Assembly (NCBI RefSeq): GCF_900289195.1
Contig: NZ_OMOH01000004.1
Span: 270,001-302,000, forward strand
Reading direction: 5' to 3'
Source of the DNA: Propionibacterium ruminifibrarum
GTDB taxonomy: Bacteria; Actinomycetota; Actinomycetes; Propionibacteriales; Propionibacteriaceae
DNA length: 32,000 nt
Part shown: positions 9,001 through 15,859 of the stretch, piece after piece
Layout: every line of letters begins with the position of its first letter
Numbering within the stretch: position 1 is the stretch's first letter
The notes under the pieces: generated by a model
The model's input: the letters and a program-made list of their open reading frames with translations, nothing else
Databases searched by the model: none
Told to the model about the DNA's origin: nothing
Made by a program: the position numbers and the translations under genes

Positions 9001-11396
9001 CAGCGCTCACCTCCTCCCGCCTCACCCGCTTCCCAGGTGGACAGGGCGGCCGCCTGTTTGCGGCTGTCGAACTTCTCCTCGATGAGGGCCCTGGCGTTGC
9101 GGGCCATGCCGGTCAGGTCGTAGCCGCCGGCGGCCACGCGCGTCAGGGCCGCGGCCAGCGCGTCGACGTCGCCGGGGTCGAGCAGGATGCCGGTGTCCTG
9201 GTCCCGGACGACCTCGGGCAGGCCCGAGACGGAGGTCGCAATGACGGGCGTGCCGCTGGCCATGGCCTCCAGCACCACCGTGGGCAGGCCGTCGATGTTG
9301 CCGTCGGCGGCCTGGATGCACGGGGCGGCGAAGACGTGCGCGCCGGACAGCAGCCGCTTGACCTCCTCCTGGGTGAGTGGTCCGAGCAGCCGCACGTGGC
9401 CGGTGAGACCGCGTCGGCGGATCCGGGCGGCCAGCTCGCCGGCCAGCTCCCCGTCGCCGGCGATGGACGCGGTGACGTCGAGCCCGGCCGAGCGGGCCTG
9501 GGCGACGGCGTCGATGAGGTCGGCGAAACCCTTCTTGGGCACGAGCCGGCCCAGGGCCGCCACCCGCAGCGGTGCGCTGACCCGCGGCGGGTCGTGGTAG
9601 GGGAAGCGCGCCAGTTCCAGGGCGTTGTACTGCAGGCTGACCCGTGCTCCGGTGCCGTCCAGGACCTGCCGGAGGTAGGCCTCGTTGAACTCGCTGATGG
9701 CCACGACGCGTTCGGCGTCCCCGCAGATGCGGCGCAGCCAGAACAGGTCGACCGAGTCGTGGAAGATGTCCTTGGCGTGCGTGGTGACCGTGTAGGGCAC
9801 GCCCGTCAGGCGCGAGGCCAGCCAGGTCATGCGGCCGGCCAGGGACGCGAAGTGGGCGTGCAGGTGGGTGATGCCGTCCTCGAGCACGGACCGGGCGAGC
9901 GCCACGCCCTGAGCGACCTCGTCGCCGGGCAGTTCGGCGAGTTCGGGCAGCAGGCCGGCGAGGTTCTCGCGCAGCCGCGGGTGGCTGACCGCCCCGGCCA
10001 GCTGCTCCCACATGTCCGTGGCCTTGAGGGGGCGCGGCACCCAGGTCACCCGCGCCCCGACCCGGGCGATCTCGGGGTGGAAGCGCTGGTCGGTCGTCGG
10101 GCGCAGCGCGTAGATGCTCAGGTCGTCGCCGAGGGCCTCCCGGGCGAGCATCTCGGTGACGACGAAGGTCTCGGAGAAGCGGGGGTAGACCTTGAGCACG
10201 TAGCCGATCCGGGGCCGGGCCGGGGACGCCTCGAGGGCCGCCGCGTCGGCGAGGAGTTCGGCCGCGTAGCGGGCGGCCGTCGTCAGCCCGTCCAGGGCGA
10301 GGGCGGAGCGGCTGACATGACGGCCGACCGCCCCGGCCGCCCAGGAGCCCAGGGCCGCCGGGCTCATCTGCTCGGCCCGCATGACGTCGAGGGCGCCCAC
10401 GTCGGCCAGCGACCGGGCGCGGATGAGCTGTTCGCGTCGTGGCTCCTCGCGGGGCACGATGAGCGCGGGCGTGTCGGTGGCGAGGATCTCGCACGTCGTG
10501 TTGTAGCCGCCCATGGCGATGACGGCGTCGGCGTCGGCGATCTGGTTGCTCAGGCCGGGCCAGGAGCGGTGGACGTGGGTGCGCGGACCGGCCAGCGCCT
10601 GGACGGCCGTGGCGTCGGCGAGCTGCGGCCCGGTGACGATGACGTGCTCGTACCCGTCCGGCACGTCCATCGCCGCCGCCGCCCGCAGCAGGTCGTGCCC
10701 GTCCGAACCGCCCCCGGCGGTGGTGAGGATGAACGGGGCCCGGCGCGGCTCGCCCGCCCCGTCGAGTTCGCGCCGACCGTTCGCCAGGTACCCGGTGAAC
10801 CGGACCTTGTCGGCGAGGGCCAGGGGCACCTCTCCGCTGGCGATGGGGTCGTGGACGTCCTGGTCGCCGTAGACCCACACCTCGTCGACGAGGCGGCGCA
10901 GCTCCGAGAGGTCGCCCAGGGCGCGCCACTCGGCCGCGGCGGCGGCCGGCTCGTCGAGCACCTCGCGCAGCCCGAGGACCACGCGTGCGCAGGGGCGGCG
11001 GGCGCGCAGCCGGCGCAGTGGTCGGCGCAGTTCCCGCCAGACCCCGTAGATGTGGCGGTCGATGACGACCAGGTCGGGGGCGAAGGACAGCATCGCCGAC
11101 TCGATGAGGACCGAGCGCAGGTCGATGAGCCGGCTCGTGGGGCCGGCCAGGTTGCGGGGCTCGTAGCCGTTGCTGCCCTTGGCCACCCCCGGGATCGTCA
11201 GCCAGTCGAATCCTTGGGGGAGCAGGACGTCGTCGCCCATCGGCAGCCCCGAAACGAGCAGTCCCGAGACCGGACGGCCGGTCCGCTCGGGGATGGTGCG
11301 GGCCAGGTGGTGGGCGAGCGCCAGGTTGCGGCGCACGTGGCCCAGCCCCTGTGAGTCATGGCTGTACAGGAGTACTCGAATGGTGGTGTCGTCCAC
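9000..11396 (-). CDS. Two-module glycosyltransferase: N-terminal GT28/MurG-like GT-B module fused to a C-terminal GT4-like module
   Basis: 798 aa with a GTG start at 11396. Module 1 (about aa 1-390, nt 10212-11396) has RVLLYSHDSQGLGHVRRNLALAHHL and AMGGYNTTCEILATDTPALIVPREEPRREQLIRA. Module 2 (about aa 396-798, nt 9000-10211) has IGYVLKVYPRFSETFVVTE and DGLPTVVLEAMASGTPVIATSVSGLPEVV. Confidence 0.8.
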   Translation of the reverse strand: MDDTTIRVLLYSHDSQGLGHVRRNLALAHHLARTIPERTGRPVSGLLVSGLPMGDDVLLPQGFDWLTIPGVAKGSNGYEPRNLAGPTSRLIDLRSVLIESAMLSFAPDLVVIDRHIYGVWRELRRPLRRLRARRPCARVVLGLREVLDEPAAAAAEWRALGDLSELRRLVDEVWVYGDQDVHDPIASGEVPLALADKVRFTGYLANGRRELDGAGEPRRAPFILTTAGGGSDGHDLLRAAAAMDVPDGYEHVIVTGPQLADATAVQALAGPRTHVHRSWPGLSNQIADADAVIAMGGYNTTCEILATDTPALIVPREEPRREQLIRARSLADVGALDVMRAEQMSPAALGSWAAGAVGRHVSRSALALDGLTTAARYAAELLADAAALEASPARPRIGYVLKVYPRFSETFVVTEMLAREALGDDLSIYALRPTTDQRFHPEIARVGARVTWVPRPLKATDMWEQLAGAVSHPRLRENLAGLLPELAELPGDEVAQGVALARSVLEDGITHLHAHFASLAGRMTWLASRLTGVPYTVTTHAKDIFHDSVDLFWLRRICGDAERVVAISEFNEAYLRQVLDGTGARVSLQYNALELARFPYHDPPRVSAPLRVAALGRLVPKKGFADLIDAVAQARSAGLDVTASIAGDGELAGELAARIRRRGLTGHVRLLGPLTQEEVKRLLSGAHVFAAPCIQAADGNIDGLPTVVLEAMASGTPVIATSVSGLPEVVRDQDTGILLDPGDVDALAAALTRVAAGGYDLTGMARNARALIEEKFDSRKQAAALSTWEAGEAGGGER

Positions 11397-11751
11397 GGGA
11401 GGTTCCGATCAGGTCCGGCAACCGACACCTCGGCAGTGGGATTCTTCCCTGCGGCGGGGCCACGGGACTGCGCCGGGTGGAGTGCGCGTTGTTCATGGCT
11501 TGGGTCACTGCTGGGCCAGGGGCCGCGTTCCTCGGCGCGGCCCGGCACGGGGACAGCCGGCTTGGGTGCCACATGATGCCCGATCTCGCTGCGGGCTGCT
11601 GCCTTGGTTCCTCCCATGGTAGCCGCAACTCCCCAAATGCGGCCCCTCTGGGCTCTGATCGGCTCGCGGCACGGCCCCGGCGAGGCCGCCCGACCGACCC
11701 GAAGCAAGACCCGGCAACCAGCGGGCCGCGAAGACGCGGGCCCCGGAACAC

Positions 11752-11795
11752 GGATGCGGGTCACCGGTGCTCGCCCACACCGGTGACCCGCATCC
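11752..11795. other. 18-bp perfect hairpin in the long intergenic region
   Basis: GGATGCGGGTCACCGGTG (11752-11769) is the exact reverse complement of 11778-11795, with an 8-nt loop. It could act as a distal terminator for the methyltransferase gene or as a structure in the operon leader. There is no U-tract. Confidence 0.4.
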
Positions 11796-11843
11796 TTCCT
11801 CAAGCGATTCGCCAAGGCTACCCTAATTCAAAGCAAGCGGAAT

Positions 11844-11867
11844 GGGAAGCCCGGATTTCTTCTTCCC
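11844..11867 (-). terminator. Small hairpin followed by a T-rich run on the minus strand, about 100 nt after the methyltransferase stop
   Basis: GGGAAG (11844-11849) pairs with CTTCCC (11862-11867) around a 12-nt loop. The minus-strand sequence after it is ATTCCGCTTGCTTTGAATT. Confidence 0.3.
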
Positions 11868-11965
11868 GAACCCGTCGCCGACAGCACCGCCCCCGGCCGG
11901 CCCGATCCCCCCGGCGTTCTCCACCCCAGCTCTTCGGGGTGCCGGGCCCCGCGCCCATGAGTCGT

Positions 11966-12841
11966 TCAGGGCTTGCGCAGGACGATGCCGACCGCCGTCA
12001 GATCGTCCTTGTGCGCCTTGAAGCCCTCGCGCATGGCGTGCACCCGGCGTCTGGCCTCGGGGCGCCTGCGCAGGTTGTTGAGGAACCTGACCGAGCCGAT
12101 GATCCCCTCATCGGCGATGATGCGGCCCGGGTCGAGGAGGCGCATCGGGGCGCACCCGACCCAGACGACCTCGAAGCCGGCCCCCTCGAAGAGCGCCCGC
12201 CATGCCGCGATCTTGAGCGGGCGGGCCCCGACCTTGATCCGCGCGGAGAGGTCACGGCCGACCGGGCCGCGGGCGTTCTCGTCGGGGTCGTCGGCCTGGT
12301 CGGTGAGGGCGAGTTCGTGCACGGCGTAGCGACCCCCTGTGTCGAGCACGCGCCATGCCTCGGCCAGGATCGTGCGGCGCTGCGCCGGTGGACACATCGT
12401 GAGCATGGCCTCGCCGACGATGAGATCGGCGCTGGCGTCGGGCAGCGTGGTCTCGGCCGCGTCGGCGGTGACGACCCGGGCGCGGGGGTTGCCGTCGAGG
12501 ACGGCGTCGAGCTGGGCGCGCCCCTCGGGGTTGGGGTCGACGCCCGTGTACGAGACCGGGTCGACCGCCAGGAGCATCCCGGCGGTCAGCCCCACGCCGG
12601 GGCCGAACTCGACGATGCGGTCGTGGCTGCTCGGGTGCGCCCGGTCGAGCAGCCGCCTGGTGAGCCCCCGACCTCCGGGGCGCAGTACTCGCTTGCCGAG
12701 TGAGGCGAGCAGCCAGTGGCCCTGCAGCCGCGCGTCCTGGGCCGGGCCGGCGTCACGTCCCGCCTCGCCGGCATCTGCCGCCTCACCGGCCGGCCCGGCT
12801 CCGGGCGCCCCTTGGCGGGCGAGGCGGCCGGCCTCTGCCAT
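11966..12841 (-). CDS. Class I SAM-dependent methyltransferase
   Basis: SAM-binding motif I is IVEFGPGVGLTAGML, followed by DASADLIVGEAML and LDTGGRY (post-I/II/III pattern). I take the start at ATG 12841 (aa 45 of the track ORF); GTG 12901 is an alternative. Confidence 0.8.
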   Translation of the reverse strand: MAEAGRLARQGAPGAGPAGEAADAGEAGRDAGPAQDARLQGHWLLASLGKRVLRPGGRGLTRRLLDRAHPSSHDRIVEFGPGVGLTAGMLLAVDPVSYTGVDPNPEGRAQLDAVLDGNPRARVVTADAAETTLPDASADLIVGEAMLTMCPPAQRRTILAEAWRVLDTGGRYAVHELALTDQADDPDENARGPVGRDLSARIKVGARPLKIAAWRALFEGAGFEVVWVGCAPMRLLDPGRIIADEGIIGSVRFLNNLRRRPEARRRVHAMREGFKAHKDDLTAVGIVLRKP

Positions 12842-12924
12842 GGCACCGGGGTCGACCTGGCTGCACAGGCACTGGCCCTGCTCCGGCTCGGCCTCGACGT
12901 CGACAGCCCCGGCACGCTGCCCGT

Positions 12925-13278
12925 TCACCGGCCCGCCGCGGCGACATCGACGAGGACGAGCGTCATGCGGCAATCGGTCTCGGCCTTGAGGGAGTGCAGC
13001 ACGTCGGGCGCCATGTAGAGGCAGTCACCGGCGTGCAGCAGGTGGGGCTCGCCGCTCAGCGTGAACGTCATCTCGCCCTCGAGGAGCTGGACGACCACGC
13101 CCTTCGGGGCGGCGTGCTCACTGAGCATCTGACCGGCGCCGAAGGTGAACTGGGTGACCTGGAGCAGGTCGTTCTTCACCAGGATGCGCGATGTGGTGCT
13201 CTCGGGGACGATGGGGAGCTCGTCAGCCACGCCGGTGCTGACGACGTTCTCGGTGTACGTGGTCTGGTCATCGCTCAT
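12925..13278 (-). CDS. Cupin domain protein
   Basis: 117 aa from the ATG at 13278, with the SD AAGGAGA 5 nt upstream. A cupin-type beta-barrel signature is present: FGAGQMLSEHAAPKGVVVQLLEGEMTF ... LHAGDCLYMAPDVLHSL. Confidence 0.8.
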   Translation of the reverse strand: MSDDQTTYTENVVSTGVADELPIVPESTTSRILVKNDLLQVTQFTFGAGQMLSEHAAPKGVVVQLLEGEMTFTLSGEPHLLHAGDCLYMAPDVLHSLKAETDCRMTLVLVDVAAAGR

Positions 13279-13472
13279 GGTCGATCTCCTTCGTACTCGG
13301 GGTGCGCCGGAGCGGATCCCGCGGCCGCACAGTCCTCCGTGAACTAAGGTAATCCTCATTGAGTAATTAGCACGGAAGAAATCCCACATATTGGAGACCG
13401 GCTGGCTCGGCGGCGCATCCGGCACTCGATGCAACGAGTTGCCGCCGCTGCAACCAAGTGCCGTGCTTTGAA

Positions 13473-13492
13473 ATGAGTGAGCGCTCACTCAT
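13473..13492. promoter_or_regulatory. Perfect 20-bp palindrome, candidate TetR operator
   Basis: ATGAGTGAGCGCTCACTCAT equals its own reverse complement. It lies 30 nt upstream of the TetR ATG (13522), inside the 244-bp divergent region shared with the cupin operon. Confidence 0.55.
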
Positions 13493-13521
13493 ACCCTCGT
13501 CGTGTGAGCCGAGCAGCACCC

Positions 13522-14109
13522 ATGTCGCCTGAGGAGCGGCGAAGGACGATCATCGAAGCGGCCCGGCCGCTTCTCGTCGCCAATGGGGGCCGGTTCACGA
13601 CGAAGCAGGTGGCCGAGGCGGCCGGGATCGCCGAGGGCACCATTTTTCGTGTCTTCCCCACCAAGCAGGCCCTCTACGACGCGGTGATCGCCGACGTGCT
13701 CGACCCCACGCCCACGGTCGAGGCGTTCCGGACAATGCCCGAGCATCACAGCCTCGAGGAGCGCATCACCGCCGTCCTGACCCTGCTGTACTCGGACATG
13801 GACACGATCGAGGAGGTGTTCATGGCGGTCCACGCCATGCCCTCCGACGACCTGTCGCCCCGCAAGCCCCCGATGAAGAACTGCGACGGCGCCCCGACCC
13901 GCTCCGACGACCTGCGCGGGGCCATGGCCGAGGCCATCGCCCCCTGGCGGGACGAGTTGTCGGTCTCGCTGGAGGAGGCCGCGGCCTGGCTCCGTTCCGT
14001 CGCAATGGCGACCTCACACCCCTTCCTCAAGCGGGGCGCGGACTTTCCCCCCGAACTCGCCGCCCGCCTGATCACCCACGGTCTCACGAAAGGATCCACA
14101 CGGCCTTGA
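13522..14109 (+). CDS. TetR/AcrR family transcriptional regulator
   Basis: The N-terminal HTH is RRRTIIEAARPLLVANGGRFTTKQVAEAAGIAEGTIFRVFPTKQALY. I take the start at ATG 13522; the track start at 13477 lies inside the palindrome. Confidence 0.85.
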   Translation: MSPEERRRTIIEAARPLLVANGGRFTTKQVAEAAGIAEGTIFRVFPTKQALYDAVIADVLDPTPTVEAFRTMPEHHSLEERITAVLTLLYSDMDTIEEVFMAVHAMPSDDLSPRKPPMKNCDGAPTRSDDLRGAMAEAIAPWRDELSVSLEEAAAWLRSVAMATSHPFLKRGADFPPELAARLITHGLTKGSTRP

Positions 14110-14122
14110 AAGGGGATTGCGC

Positions 14123-15859
14123 ATGTTGAGGAGACTCATCGGGCGCTTCGGCGGGCAGTACCGCGGCCAGTTCGCCCTCGTGGTGCTGCTGCAGGCGGTG
14201 GCCTCCGTGGCCTCCCTGATGCTGCCCAATCTGAACGCCCGCATCATCGACACCGGCGTGGCGAACGGCGACACCACCTACATCTGGCACGCCGGCGCCA
14301 GGATGCTCGCCGTCGGCGGCACCCAGGCCGTGGCCCAGTGCCTCGCGGCCGTCTTCGGCGCGCGGCTCGCGATGGGGATCGGCCGTGACATTCGTGCCGG
14401 CCTGTTCGACACCGTGTTGAACTACTCGAGCCAGGAGGTCAACCATTTCGGGGCCCCGTCGCTGATCACCCGCACCACCAATGACGTGCAGCAGGTGCAG
14501 CAGTTCCTCCTCATGACCTGCATCATGATCCTCGGCGCACCGATCACCATGATCGGCGCCATCGTCATGGCGCTGCGCGAGGACATGGGCCTGTCGTGGA
14601 TCGTCGCCGTGGCCGTCCTCGTCATGGTCGTCGTGGTGGGGATCATCGTCAGCCGGATGACCCCGGCCTTCAAGAGGAACCAGGAGAGCATCGACCGGAT
14701 CAACCAGGTCGTGCGCGAGCAGCTGAGCGGCATCCGCGTCATCCGCGCCTTCGTCCGCGAGCACCGGGAGCGCAAGCGCTTCGACGTGGCCAATCAGTCG
14801 TTGATGCTGCTGGGGTTCAGGATCGGCACCTTCTTCTCGCTCCTGGCGCCGATGGTCATGATGATCATGAATGCCTCGACCGTCGCCGTGTGGTGGTTCG
14901 GCGCCCTGCGGGTCGACAGCGGCGACATGCAGGTGGGCCAGATCACGGCCTTCATGACGTACATGATCCAGATGCTCTTGAGCGTGATGATGGCCGCGAT
15001 GATGATGATCCAGCTGCCTCGCGCGCAGGTCTGCGCAGGCCGCATCATGGAGGTCCTGCGCACCCCCTCGACCGTCACGCCGGCTGCCAAGCCCGTCCGG
15101 GAGCTCCCCATGACCGGGGCGATGGACCTGACCAACGTGGAGTTCAGTTACCCCGGGGCCGAGGCGCCGGTGCTCCACGACATCAACATCTCGCTGCGAC
15201 CGGGGACGACCACCGCCGTCATCGGCTCGACCGGCTCGGGAAAGACGACCCTGGCCAATCTCGTCCCCCGCCTGTACGACGTGACCGGCGGCTCGATCAA
15301 GCTGGATGGCGTCGACCTGCGCAAGATCGACATGGACCTCATGTGGAGCCGTATCGGCCTGGTCCCGCAGAAGCCGTATCTGTTCAGCGGCACGATCGCC
15401 TCCAACCTGCGGTACGGCAATCCCGAGGCCACCGAGGACGAGATGTGGGCCGCGCTGCGCACCGCTCAGGCCGCCGACTTCGTCGAGCAGATGGACGGCC
15501 GGCTCGACGCCCCCATCGCCCAGGGCGGCACGAACGTCTCCGGCGGCCAGCGCCAGCGCCTGTCGATCGCCCGGGCCCTCATCAAGAAGCCCGAGATCTA
15601 CGTCTTCGACGACGCCTTCAGCGCCCTCGACGTCGCCACCGATGCCCGCCTGCGCGCCGCCCTGGCCGCCGAGACCCAGGACGCGGCGGTACTCATCGTC
15701 GCCCAGCGCGTCTCGACCATCCGCGACGCGGACCAGATCATCGTGCTCGACTCCGGCCACGTCGTCGGTCGCGGCACCCATGCGGAACTGCTCGACAGCT
15801 GCAGTACCTACCAGGAGATCGTGTCCTCGCAGATGAGCTCTCAGGAGGCGGCGGCATGA
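14123..15859 (+). CDS. ABC exporter half-transporter (permease + ATPase), subunit with the degenerate catalytic base
   Basis: ATG at 14123 with AAAGGGGA upstream. Walker A is GSTGSGKTT and the signature is VSGGQRQR. Walker B reads IYVFDDAFSALD, with Asp in place of the catalytic Glu. Confidence 0.9.
   Translation: MLRRLIGRFGGQYRGQFALVVLLQAVASVASLMLPNLNARIIDTGVANGDTTYIWHAGARMLAVGGTQAVAQCLAAVFGARLAMGIGRDIRAGLFDTVLNYSSQEVNHFGAPSLITRTTNDVQQVQQFLLMTCIMILGAPITMIGAIVMALREDMGLSWIVAVAVLVMVVVVGIIVSRMTPAFKRNQESIDRINQVVREQLSGIRVIRAFVREHRERKRFDVANQSLMLLGFRIGTFFSLLAPMVMMIMNASTVAVWWFGALRVDSGDMQVGQITAFMTYMIQMLLSVMMAAMMMIQLPRAQVCAGRIMEVLRTPSTVTPAAKPVRELPMTGAMDLTNVEFSYPGAEAPVLHDINISLRPGTTTAVIGSTGSGKTTLANLVPRLYDVTGGSIKLDGVDLRKIDMDLMWSRIGLVPQKPYLFSGTIASNLRYGNPEATEDEMWAALRTAQAADFVEQMDGRLDAPIAQGGTNVSGGQRQRLSIARALIKKPEIYVFDDAFSALDVATDARLRAALAAETQDAAVLIVAQRVSTIRDADQIIVLDSGHVVGRGTHAELLDSCSTYQEIVSSQMSSQEAAA

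Noticed and set aside
11397-11965. Search for a RiPP/lanthipeptide-type precursor peptide near the two APH-fold kinases (class V lanthipeptide kinases have this fold)
   Set aside because: I found no short ORF with an SD and a Ser/Thr/Cys-rich core on either strand here or in the 50-nt gap at 3900-3949. The window also has no HopA1-like lyase, cyclase or leader peptidase. The idea is not supported by the sequence.
13473-13492. Two opposite-strand ORFs (12925-13488 minus and 13477-14109 plus) both begin with the peptide MSAHS
   Set aside because: This is an artefact of both reading out of the same perfect palindrome. The real starts are the SD-supported ATG at 13278 (cupin) and ATG at 13522 (TetR).
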